Source: Amphiscolops sp. MND2022 (Eukaryota). From it: a DNA stretch of 64,000 bases. The stretch covers positions 46,130,001 through 46,194,000 of the forward strand of contig OZ076413.1 in assembly GCA_964187785.1 (NCBI GenBank), given 5' to 3'. Under the pieces are notes generated by a model. It had not been told where the DNA came from and made no database searches. It saw nothing but the letters and a program-made list of their open reading frames with translations. Shown here piece by piece: positions 12,626-23,320 of this stretch. The translations under genes were made by a program, and so were the position numbers. Position 1 is the first letter of the stretch. Every line of letters starts with the position of its first letter.

Positions 12626-13701
12626 TGAAAATATCTTTCCAGGAGAAAATAAGTAAATTGTTCCTGTGGACAATATTTGTTGGGTTTACAGTGAATCTTG
12701 TACTCTCAGTAAAAGAATAACTGCATAATAACCGTATCGTATCAATCATTGAAATTGTGGGCTAACTTGGGCATATATATACTCAAGACAGCATGACATC
12801 CGCAATTCTGATGGTCATGCTGCTAAAAATAGCACACAGGCTAAAAATAGATACATCAGAACTATAAATAGCTACATGACGTCAGCGTGGACCTATATAG
12901 GCGGCTAAATCAAAGCGCCTAACAGGACCACGTTGCATATAGGTCAAAATGTTCGGATATACAAATTCATGTAAGCAACAGTTTTACATGCAAAGAGATT
13001 CATGGCGGTCCTACACGGTCTATTGTTGTGAAGAACCATTTAACCCCATGTTATCATATTAAACAGGGGAAGTAACACTACATATTAACGTTTACATGAG
13101 GTTGAACACTCAGTAATACATAACACGTATTTCATTAACATATCAATAATAGCATCGATTTCATCATATTAACAAATGAGAATACTCATTTAGTCTCCTG
13201 GCCGCATAGGGCCTTATTTCTCTAGCAGTAGCACTAGTGACATTTGGACAAGTAAGGCCGTTCAGCCATTAAGACAGCATTCGCTTTGTTCTATTTATTT
13301 AACAGCAACTCAGTATAGCAACAAAATGCAATTAGTCCGCTTAGGCCAAGTGGCCGTGACGGTCCATTCTGATTAATAAGTGAATGCATTACTACAACTA
13401 CAAATAAAACAAGATGAGCTATGATTGGCTAATATGCCGTGCGCGGCTATGCTAGCTATACTTAACAGGCAAACATTTGAACTCGTTTCCTTTCTGCCTG
13501 TCAGTATAACTTGCTGTCAAACATCAATCATATTACAAATAAAATACATAAATTGGTTTACATGTGTTGCAAATATTAAATGAAATAATGTTCTCAAAGT
13601 TATTTATCCTTGTAGTTATAAAGGTAATGTTCCGGGTAGGGCAATTGGCAGACTGTGGTCTATGGTATAGAGGTTGCCATCGCAGGCGGCCGCCTGCGAC
13701 A
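12064..13701 (-). repeat. 3' LTR of B
   Basis: Direct repeat of 19033-20670; preceded on the minus strand by PPT AGGGGGAG (13702-13709). Confidence 0.95.
12823..12901. promoter_or_regulatory. MEF2 x3 / CRE / CArG cluster in the LTR of B (copy at 19792-19870)
   Basis: CTAAAAATAG (12823, 12841), CTATAAATAG (12862), TGACGTCA (12877), CCTATATAGG (12892). Confidence 0.55.
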
Positions 13702-14449
13702 CTCCCCCTGGGAGAAGTAAGAATGTGCCAACCTGCATCCCTTCAATGAAGGCTCTCTTACGCGCATCGACTTGTAGTGCTGTTTCTCCGGGAATGGCCG
13801 TCTTGACCAGGTAGTCCGCAACTGCTTCTTGCTGAATTTGCATTGTCGATTTCCCGCATATTACACAGTCTGAGTAGTTCACTAATGGCCCCGACCCACT
13901 GAGTCCCATTCCTTGGAAATGATTTGTAATTCCGTCGAGAGATTGTTGTGACTCTGGCCGCTCGCCATAGTTGTCGAAAAAAGAACTACAGTTCCCTCTT
14001 TCTTCCGGGGGAGGTGACATTGGTGTGTCCACCAGAGGGATTAGTCCGCTGCATAACTTTATCGGGTGGTTATTCCTTATGCGATCATCACGCCTTATCG
14101 GGCCCTTTCCCCTTCCCAATGAAAAGAAAGACTGATCTGGAACGGGACTAGGGCTGTGTGTCAGATTAGGCTTTTTGCATTCAGACGGCCTGTTCAATAG
14201 GTTAGGGCGGTCCGTTTTCGTTGTAGAAGGCCCAGGAACAGATATAGGCGTTGACAGTTGCATTTCGACGCATTGTGCCATCATCAAGATCTCATCGTCG
14301 TATTCCTCATCTTCTGACGATAGTTGGAGGTCCATTACGGATGTAGTACTAAATGCGTCCATTTCCTCTTCTTCATCACTGGACAGATATACTAGCTCTA
14401 TCCTTCGGGGCGCAGCGCCACAAAAGTCTTGCGGGTATCTATCAGCCAT
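13616..14449 (-). CDS. Accessory ORF-X of B (acidic/Pro-Ser-rich N-terminus, CVICGK C-terminal domain), ending inside U3
   Basis: Intact ORF from ATG 14449 that spans the PPT and ends 85 nt into the LTR; homologous C-terminal domain in C and D. Confidence 0.75.
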   Translation of the reverse strand: MADRYPQDFCGAAPRRIELVYLSSDEEEEMDAFSTTSVMDLQLSSEDEEYDDEILMMAQCVEMQLSTPISVPGPSTTKTDRPNLLNRPSECKKPNLTHSPSPVPDQSFFSLGRGKGPIRRDDRIRNNHPIKLCSGLIPLVDTPMSPPPEERGNCSSFFDNYGERPESQQSLDGITNHFQGMGLSGSGPLVNYSDCVICGKSTMQIQQEAVADYLVKTAIPGETALQVDARKRAFIEGMQVGTFLLLPGGVSQAAACDGNLYTIDHSLPIALPGTLPL

Positions 14450-15544
14450 GTATCGCGTTTTTATCAGTTTTTTCGCAATTTTGTAGAAAATTGAAGTCAA
14501 CTTTATGAATTTCAGTTGTAAGACCAACTGCACTTGTAGGCTTTAAGAGAGAGAATGACAATTTCTTTTCTTGATTTCGTTTAAGATTTTTACTTCGAAA
14601 CCCGTGACTCCTTTCCCGGGGTTTTGCCTTCCTGTTAACATTCATATCGATAACTCCTTCCAAACAACCTTTGATGACCCCAACGTGCCGCTTTGTTTAC
14701 ATCGTTACTTCAGCAGTTTGCCTTATGCGGCTTGAAGACATCAATGGCACCTTTAAGTGTTTATCAGCTCTCAACATCCACTTGAGACTTTCAAGAGCTA
14801 ATAGTCAAGATTTGAGGCCACGCGCGGCTCATCGCCGCGATAGCCAATAAGGATCGCCATTGCTATCCGCATTCCGAAATGGCGGACGAAATAATAAAAT
14901 TCCAAATAAGGAAATAAATAAAATAATGAAATAACTGTAAAATAATAGATCCGTGGTAAAATAAGATTTTGAGGATAACTTTGTGGATTTCTCTGGCAGG
15001 TTCCATCCACAAAATGACACCTATAATTGTATAATTGTTTGACATCAATTCCAGTTTGCCACGATCTCCAACTCTTCTTTCAGCAATCTTCGTCATTCAT
15101 TCAATTGTTACTTTATCCGTTCAAATTCTAACCACTTCCGTATTTATACATTGTCTATTTAGTATAGTTGTTAGTCTTCTGGTCAGTTACTTATTATTAT
15201 CAAGTTCACTATTGGACCATCAGCCTTCTACTCTTTGGCCATACTCGGACAGCAGACGACTTCTCTTTGAAGTTGGATTTCCTACTTGGGGTTCAAGTGC
15301 CTTATTCTTCGTAACAGCATCAGTCTCCCTTCTCCATCTTCCTGTCAATTGTCTTTCTGGACCACATCCGATTCAAATCTTTTGCAATGTCAGGTTAGCT
15401 ATCTGGTCTTTTCTTTTTGAACGGAAATAGGTTTGATCAGGACCTGTTCACGCTCGTAATACTTCCTGTCCATTTGTTTCAAAGAGCATAAGCGTTTTGC
15501 CGTATGTTTCAATTTTACTTCTAGAAGATTTGTAAAGCGGTCTC

Positions 15545-16640
15545 ATGGATTCATATTCAGGAAGTTACCCGCTAAAATTTGTCTCTTTCCATTTAGAGAT
15601 GTCTAACGAAGAGAGGTTGCCAGAATCCACCAATCCTACCATTGCTCCCATTGGTCAGGGACAAGAACATGAACCGGCCCAATTCCAAAATGTGCCAGAA
15701 AAAGAAGTTCGACCCGAATCCCAGGCGTCCAACTCAACTGACGAGAGTGTAAGCGCCTATATTGAGAAAGTTGTCTCACAGTTTCCAGGTGCATCAACAA
15801 CACCCCTTGACACCGTCCTTGAAGAAGATCCACACGCGGCTCCCAAAGTTCCTGAGGCTGATGAAAACACACATGGAGCTCCTAAAGTCTCTGAGTCGAT
15901 AGCTTTAGAAGTTACCAAAACACCACAGCCGGTCCCGGCCAATAGTGAAGAATCCCGAACAAGAACCCCCGAGTGTAGGGCTTTGCACTCTGATACCAGT
16001 GACCCGGGAGAGTTGTACGACAGTTCTGGAGTCGATCTGCCTACCACTAAGTTAGGCACTTTCTCATTTGATCCTGACTTATTCACAAGCCTTGACGAGG
16101 ATTTGCAGCAGTCTTCAAGGAATAGTGATGCTGAACTAGCTGTCTATCGGGACAAGATGCTTTCGACTGAACGAAACCTATCACCAACCGGGAGAGAAGT
16201 TATCCGTAAGTTCTTCACAAAGAACGTGCCTGTCGAGCTGCCAGCCGGCCATTCAACTGTTGCTTTTAGTGAAAGTCAGGTTCATGCCGTGCTGAGAACC
16301 ATCGCTGATGAGTCAGTGCTGTCGTCATTCCACATGATGAAATCGCTACTGACAAAGTTAACTGAGGGGATCCCTCTGAACAAGCGCACCTCGCGAAATA
16401 TTCCTCGCAGGTCTGCCACTCCCGGCCCCGGTACGAGTCCAGCTCTGGAGGTGAGAGCACGGGAATTGAAAGTGACGGCTACACCAACGGGGGCTTGTGC
16501 CTGCGAAAGAGAAGCCAAAGGACGGTAATCACCACTGCTGTAGCTGCTGCCTGAACAAGGGGTCAGTACCCTGGCTGGATCATGTTGATCTACTGCCGTG
16601 TCAAGAGTCTTGGAAGCGGAAATGATAGGTGGGCAGCCTT
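15545..16640 (+). CDS. Antisense accessory gene of B, N-terminal part (truncated by the assembly gap)
   Basis: 327-aa Ser/Pro/Glu-rich ORF antisense to gag, in the same position as the antisense gene of C and D. No zinc finger visible before the gap. Confidence 0.5.
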
Positions 16641-16840
16641 NNNNNNNNNNNNNNNNNNNNNNNNNNNNNNNNNNNNNNNNNNNNNNNNNNNNNNNNNNNN
16701 NNNNNNNNNNNNNNNNNNNNNNNNNNNNNNNNNNNNNNNNNNNNNNNNNNNNNNNNNNNNNNNNNNNNNNNNNNNNNNNNNNNNNNNNNNNNNNNNNNNN
16801 NNNNNNNNNNNNNNNNNNNNNNNNNNNNNNNNNNNNNNNN
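16641..16840. other. Assembly gap (200 N)
   Basis: Run of N. Confidence 1.
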
Positions 16841-17806
16841 CTCGGGGGTTCTTGTTCGGGATTCTTCACTATTGGCCGGGACCGGCTGTGGTGTTTTGGT
16901 AACTTCTAAAGCTATCGACTCAGAGACTTTAGGAGCTCCATGTGTGTTTTCATCAGCCTCAGGAACTTTGGGAGCCGCGTGTGGATCTTCTTCAAGGACG
17001 GTGTCAAGGGGTGTTGTTGATGCACCTGGAAACTGTGAGACAACTTTCTCAATATAGGCGCTTACACTCTCGTCAGTTGAGTTGGACGCCTGGGATTCGG
17101 GTCGAACTTCTTTTTCTGGCACATTTTGGAATTGGGCCGGTTCATGTTCTTGTCCCTGACCAATGGGAGCAATGGTAGGATTGGTGGATTCTGGCAACCT
17201 CTCTTCGTTAGACATCTCTAAATGGAAAGAGACAAATTTTAGCGGGTAACTTCCTGAATATGAATCCATGAGACCGCTTTACAAATCTTCTAGAAGTAAA
17301 ATTGAAACATACGGCAAAACGCTTATGCTCTTTGAAACAAATGGACAGGAAGTATTACGAGCGTGAACAGGTCCTGATCAAACCTATTTCCGGTCAAAAA
17401 GAAAAGACCAGATAGCTAACCTGACATTGCAAAAGATTTGAATCGGATGTGGTCCAGAAAGACAATTGACAGGAAGATGGAGAAGGGAGACTGATGCTGT
17501 TACGAAGAATAAGGCACTTGAACCCCAAGTAGGAAATCCAACTTCAAAGAGAAGTCGTCTGCTGTCCGAGTATGGCCAAAGAGTAGAAGGCTGATGGTCC
17601 AATAGTGAACTTGATAATAATAAGTAACTGACCAGAAGACTAACAACTATACTAAATAGACAATGTATAAATACGGAAGTGGTTAGAATTTGAACGGATA
17701 AAGTAACAATTGAATGAATGACGAAGATTGCTGAAAGAAGAGTTGGAGATCGTGGCAAACTGGAATTGATGTCAAACAATTATACAATTATAGGTGTCAT
17801 TTTGTG
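16841..17806 (-). repeat. Inverted copy of 15008-15973 fused to the start of pol
   Basis: 966-bp reverse complement, near-identical; junction at CACAAAATGACAC about 85 nt after the gag stop. Confidence 0.9.
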
Positions 17807-17890
17807 ATTGTTTGTAGATAATGTTAGCAGGGTCTGATATGACGTATTGTCGTATCGACATTCGGTCACATATTTGGAGTCGTGGCAAAA

Positions 17891-19594
17891 TTAGTTTTTT
17901 GAATCAGTCTTTTTCAAATTGGACTGGTTTGTTGTGGATGTGGTGGGCTTTTCGTTTTTGGTGCGAATGCCTTCGTCCTCTGAGGGCTCGGTGTCTTTTG
18001 AGGAGTCCTGTCTATTTCGTTTTGGACGAAGGTGGGCTCCAGCACCGCGCCAACATTTCTCTGCTGGATGATTGGTTTTGCTGCAGGTGGGACATTCTGG
18101 GTAAGTTTGGCGTTGAGGCTTCTTGCCATTCTTGGCCTCTGATTCTTTCTTCTTTTTCAGTTTTGGGCAATTCTTCCAGAAATGGTCTTCAGCCTTGCAG
18201 TATGAGCATTGGATATTTTTGTTGGTGTCGATGCCATTGGATAGTAGATTTCGTGCTTTTCCTGACGATGAAGCCATTGTAGCTATTGGCAAGTCATCAG
18301 ATTCTTCTAATGCGTTTAATTCGAGTTCTCTTTCTAAATGTGCCACAATCTCTTCGTAAGTCCCGTTTTCCAGTCGGGCCATATTCACCGATCTTTTGAG
18401 TTTTGGGGGTAATTTAGCATATAAGAGGCTATCGATCATACTCTTGGCGTTCTCCCCGAAGGCTTTCTCGGCACCCTGATTGAGTTCTTCGAGAAAATCG
18501 GGTAGTTTCATCGTGTTGGGGTCGAAAATGAGTCTGTGCCACTTGTGCTTGGCTGTGGCTTGTGACTCTGGTTTAACGTACTTGCGGCGAAAAATGACAA
18601 GTACGTCTTCCAATGTTTGACGGTTTATAGAGTTTATATTTCGGAAGGTTTGCAGGGCCCCTTTTCTGAGCAATGAATGAAAATGATTTATTTTCATTTG
18701 TTCAGTCATAGCGGGTTGCATTTTTATCATTGTATGAAATAAGTCTTCAGACAATTCGAATTTCTCTGTTTTGCCGTCAAATGTCATAGGGTTCGTCGTG
18801 ACTGGTCGGATTGTCATCGACTGTGGTTTGTTCTGGAGATTTACCAGGACATCTGCCAATCGGTTGATGGGGTCTTGCGACAGTTGGGCTGTAACGGGCT
18901 CCGCCACTGGTAGGGTTGTGTCGAGGGTTGTATCATGCGCGGATTCTTGTCTCTGAAGGTCGGGCTGGGAGTAAATTCGTCCTGTGAGGAATTCAGGAAT
19001 GTGCTGTTGGGGTTCGTTAGCTCCTGTCACCATGTAAGGAACAGGGTCCATATGGTCCCTCAGATCGCATGCAGACCTTGAGTCCTTCTTTGTTAATTTC
19101 GTATTTGAGCTTTTCCATGCATTTCTCATTCCATCCTCATTTGAGGACATACACGGTCCGGCGCCAGGTTGACTCAAAGGCAAGTTTTCCACCATGTTCT
19201 GTATCTCAGGGATAATCCTCTCACTTATGGCAGAGCTAATAGCGCTACTGATTTGTGATTGCATTAAGTCCATCATTGTTTCCATTTCACGAGACATCCT
19301 AGCATTCATCTCTCCAGACAACATATTAATTGATTCTATTAGTCTACTTTTTCTAACTGGTTCATTTCTATTATCAATATCTCTAATCTCATTTTCTTGA
19401 GATGAATTTTCCCTGTTAGGAAATGACCTGAAGTCTTGCGGCCCTTCAGGGACATTAATGAGACTATCTAGCTCTCTTTCTATAGAGTTAGAATTACCTT
19501 CACCTAGCATCACGTCCATGTTACCGTAGTCGGACAACATGTCTAACTCTCTCGACCTCCTAGCTTTGGCCTTTTGTCTTCTTGTAGATGGCAT
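17891..19594 (-). CDS. gag: Intact Gag of B (567 aa)
   Basis: ATG at 19594 inside the LTR; Arg-rich N-terminus, capsid-like region, CSYCKAEDHFWKNC and CPTCSKTNHPAEKC knuckles. Confidence 0.92.
   Translation of the reverse strand: MPSTRRQKAKARRSRELDMLSDYGNMDVMLGEGNSNSIERELDSLINVPEGPQDFRSFPNRENSSQENEIRDIDNRNEPVRKSRLIESINMLSGEMNARMSREMETMMDLMQSQISSAISSAISERIIPEIQNMVENLPLSQPGAGPCMSSNEDGMRNAWKSSNTKLTKKDSRSACDLRDHMDPVPYMVTGANEPQQHIPEFLTGRIYSQPDLQRQESAHDTTLDTTLPVAEPVTAQLSQDPINRLADVLVNLQNKPQSMTIRPVTTNPMTFDGKTEKFELSEDLFHTMIKMQPAMTEQMKINHFHSLLRKGALQTFRNINSINRQTLEDVLVIFRRKYVKPESQATAKHKWHRLIFDPNTMKLPDFLEELNQGAEKAFGENAKSMIDSLLYAKLPPKLKRSVNMARLENGTYEEIVAHLERELELNALEESDDLPIATMASSSGKARNLLSNGIDTNKNIQCSYCKAEDHFWKNCPKLKKKKESEAKNGKKPQRQTYPECPTCSKTNHPAEKCWRGAGAHLRPKRNRQDSSKDTEPSEDEGIRTKNEKPTTSTTNQSNLKKTDSKN
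17894..17900 (-). promoter_or_regulatory. -1 slippery heptamer A AAA AAC (B)
   Basis: TCA AAA AAC TAA at the gag stop; -1 frame reads LILPR. Confidence 0.75.
19021..19032 (-). promoter_or_regulatory. PBS of B
   Basis: TGGTGACAGGAG abuts the LTR end defined by comparison with the 3' LTR. Confidence 0.9.
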
Positions 19595-20670
19595 TGAAAA
19601 TATCTTTCCAGGAGAAAATAAGTAAATTGTTCCTGTGGACAATATTTGTTGGGTTTACAGTGAATCTTGTACTCTCAGTAAAAGAATAACTGCATAATAA
19701 CCGTATCGTATCAATCATTGAAATTGTGGGCTAACTTGGGCATATATATACTCAAGACAGCATGACATCCGCAATTCTGATGGTCATGCTGCTAAAAATA
19801 GCACACAGGCTAAAAATAGATACATCAGAACTATAAATAGCTACATGACGTCAGCGTGGACCTATATAGGCGGCTAAATCAAAGCGCCTAACAGGACCAC
19901 GTTGCATATAGGTCAAAATGTTCGGATATACAAATTCATGTAAGCAACAGTTTTACATGCAAAGAGATTCATGGCGGTCCTACACGGTCTATTGTTGTGA
20001 AGAACCATTTAACCCCATGTTATCATATTAAACAGGGGAAGTAACACTACATATTAACGTTTACATGAGGTTGAACACTCAGTAATACATAACACGTATT
20101 TCATTAACATATCAATAATAGCATCGATTTCATCATATTAACAAATGAGAATACTCATTTAGTCTCCTGGCCGCATAGGGCCTTATTTCTCTAGCAGTAG
20201 CACTAGTGACATTTGGACAAGTAAGGCCGTTCAGCCATTAAGACAGCATTCGCTTTGTTCTATTTATTTAACAGCAACTCAGTATAGCAACAAAATGCAA
20301 TTAGTCCGCTTAGGCCAAGTGGCCGTGACGGTCCATTCTGATTAATAAGTGAATGCATTACTACAACTACAAATAAAACAAGATGAGCTATGATTGGCTA
20401 ATATGCCGTGCGCGGCTATGCTAGCTATACTTAACAGGCAAACATTTGAACTCGTTTCCTTTCTGCCTGTCAGTATAACTTGCTGTCAAACATCAATCAT
20501 ATTACAAATAAAATACATAAATTGGTTTACATGTGTTGCAAATATTAAATGAAATAATGTTCTCAAAGTTATTTATCCTTGTAGTTATAAAGGTAATGTT
20601 CCGGGTAGGGCAATTGGCAGACTGTGGTCTATGGTATAGAGGTTGCCATCGCAGGCGGCCGCCTGCGACA
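19033..20670 (-). repeat. 5' LTR of B
   Basis: TGTCGCAGG...CCTTACA, direct repeat of 12064-13701. Confidence 0.95.
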
Positions 20671-20693
20671 GTAACAAACTCACCTAGTTTTCC

Positions 20694-23320
20694 ACGCGAT
20701 ATTCCATTCGTCTATCAGAAAGATTAAAGACATCTCGGGAGTCATGAAGTTTCAGGGGATGAATTCGATGTACTTTTCACAACAAAAAGCATTGCTGTGT
20801 GTCTGTCAGCTATAATTGAATAAGGCTCCATTTTCATCCTCCACTTCATTTTTGCCTCATTCAATTTTGTAGGCGTATACTAACAAATTTTTCCAGTTTT
20901 CCTGAATTTATACAAGCTGATATCGAACGTTTTCACCCCCTGGGGTGTCGTTGATTACTCTCTAACACAAATAAGGGCATATCTGCATAGATAATTCTGT
21001 CATTTTCCCTCAAAATCGATCTCAAAAAATCGATTTTTTCTATCAGCAAATTTTATCGACTTCCTTATGTGATGCGCAACTGATAAGGTCTCAAATGTTC
21101 ATAATTTTGAAATTTCTTGAACATTGCCTTCACTTGGAGTGTGAATATGAACTCACAGATTTCTAAAACAATTTAAAAGCCGGGGGAATATGAGGTCATC
21201 TTTCTTTTTTATGAACTCATTTATTGATGAGTAGCCATGATAATGGGTAACAAGGATGGATCAGACAGTTAACCTTAGTGTGAACTTGCAAGTTCCTCCG
21301 AAGAAATTGGCCAGCAATGCTTTGCCAGTTTTATATTTGTTGTGTCATGAAAATACGGCGTACCATACCGAAATTACAAAGGATTGCGAATTTCACTCTC
21401 AAGTTTGAAGAAAAAGCATAAATTATCAAGTACACATCAATTGCTTCCTCACTGGCAGCTCATAAATGGTCATCAGTTATCTCCGAGAGAGTCGTCAAAA
21501 ACGATAAAATGTCATTATTTTTCGAAATTGTTCGTAATATAATGAAATGAATATAAAGTCCTCTGATCATGCATGGGTATCACTGATACATAATCTTCAA
21601 AATTTCTTTTGTACAATTTTTGACATTTTTAAAAATTGTACACTTGTTAAATATAGCTGATAAACAATGAGGACTGAAACCTAAATCAATCAAGCAATTA
21701 AATCAATCGAAAGATAGTTGACTCAGCAAAACGCGTTTCTTAGCAAATGCCAAAAGTCAAAACAGTCAACTTTAGTAATTGTTTTCTTGCGAGTACGAAA
21801 ACGAGGTGTTTCATCTCGTAGTCATGAAACGTCAAACAAAGATAAAATACAATATTAAACTAAGAACGTTTGAACGTTTCCTAACCCATTTAACTCGGAT
21901 ACATCGGAGAAAACCTCAAACCTTGACATAAATACGGATAGTCAAAAACTGTTAACTAGTCTGACTACCCTGGTTGAAACTGCTTGAACCATCATTAATA
22001 AATGATACGCGATATTCCATTCGTCTATCAGAAAGATTAAAGACATCTCGGGAGTCATGAAGTTTCAGGGGATGAATTCGATGTACTTTTCACAACAAAA
22101 AGCATTGCTGTGTGTCTGTCAGCTATAATTGAATAAGGCTCCATTTTCATCCTCCACTTCATTTTTGCCTCATTTAATTTTGTAGGCGTATACTAACAAA
22201 TTTTTCCATTTTTTCCGGAATTTATACAAGCTGATATCGAACGTTTTCACCCCCTGGGGTGTCGTTGATTACTCTCTAATACAAATAAGGGCATATCTGC
22301 ATAGATAATTCTGACATTTTCCCTCAAAATCGATCTCAAAAAATCGATTTTTTCTATCAGCAAATTTTATCGACTTCCCTATGTGATGCGCAACTGATAA
22401 GGTCTCAAATGTTCATAATTTTGAAATTTCTTGAACATTGCCTTCACTTGGAGTGTGAATATGAACTCACAGATTTCTAAAACAATTTAAAAGCCGGGGG
22501 AATATGAGGTCATCTTTCTTTTTTATGAACTCATTTATTGATGAGTAGCCATGATAATGGGGAACAAGGATGGATCAGAAAGTTAACCTTAGTGTGAACT
22601 TGCAAGTTCCTCCGAAGAAATTGGCCAGCAATGCTTTGCCAGTTTTATATTTGTTGTGTCACGAAAATACGGCGTACCATACCGAAATTACAAAAGATTG
22701 CGAATTTCACTCTCAAGTTTGAAGAAAAAGCATAAATTATCAAGTACACATCAATTGCTTCCTCACTGGCAGCTCATAAATGGTCATCAGTTATCTCCGA
22801 GAGAGTCGTCAAAAACGATAAAATGTCATTATTTTTCGAAATTGTTCGTAAGATAATGAAATGAATATAAAGTCCTCTGATCATGCATGGGTATCACTGA
22901 TACATAATCTTCAAAATTTCTTTTGTACAATTTTTGACATTTTTAAAAATTGTACACTTGTTAAATATAGCTGATAAACAATCAGGACTGAAACCTAAAT
23001 CAATCAAGCAATTAAATCAATTGAAAGATAGTTGACTCAGCAAAACGCGTTTCTTAGCAAATGCCAAAAGTCAAAACAGTCAACTTTAGTAATTGTTTTC
23101 TTGCGAGTACGAAAACGAGGTGTTTCATCTCGTAGTCATGAAACGTCAAACAAAGATAAAAAACAATACTAAACTAAGAACGTTTGAACGTTTCGTAACC
23201 CATTTAACTCGGATACATCGGAGAAAACCTCAAACCTTGACATAAATACGGATAGTCAAAAACTGTTAACTAGTCTGACTACCCTGGTTGAAACTGCTTG
23301 AACCATCATTAATAAATGAT
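20694..23320 (+). repeat. Tandem duplication, 2 x ~1313 bp
   Basis: acgcgatattccattcg starts at 20694 and 22007; both units end in ...aataaatgat; few substitutions. Confidence 0.92.

Larger units (their letters stand above)
12064..20670 (-). mobile_element. Ty3/Gypsy LTR retrotransposon B (recent insertion; pol missing as assembled)
   Basis: TG...CA LTRs of 1638 bp at 12064-13701 and 19033-20670, near-identical (one substitution noticed). 5-bp TSD GTAAC at 12059-12063 and 20671-20675. PBS and PPT present. Confidence 0.95.

Noticed and set aside
15035..15430. Hydrophobic 131-aa ORF (and its copy at 17384-17779) as env/TM protein
   Set aside because: Non-ATG start, T-rich low-complexity intergenic sequence, no counterpart in C or D.
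20680..21540. Possible minus-strand host exons (GTGAGT donor near 20683)
   Set aside because: All frames I tried contain stops, and I recognised no protein.
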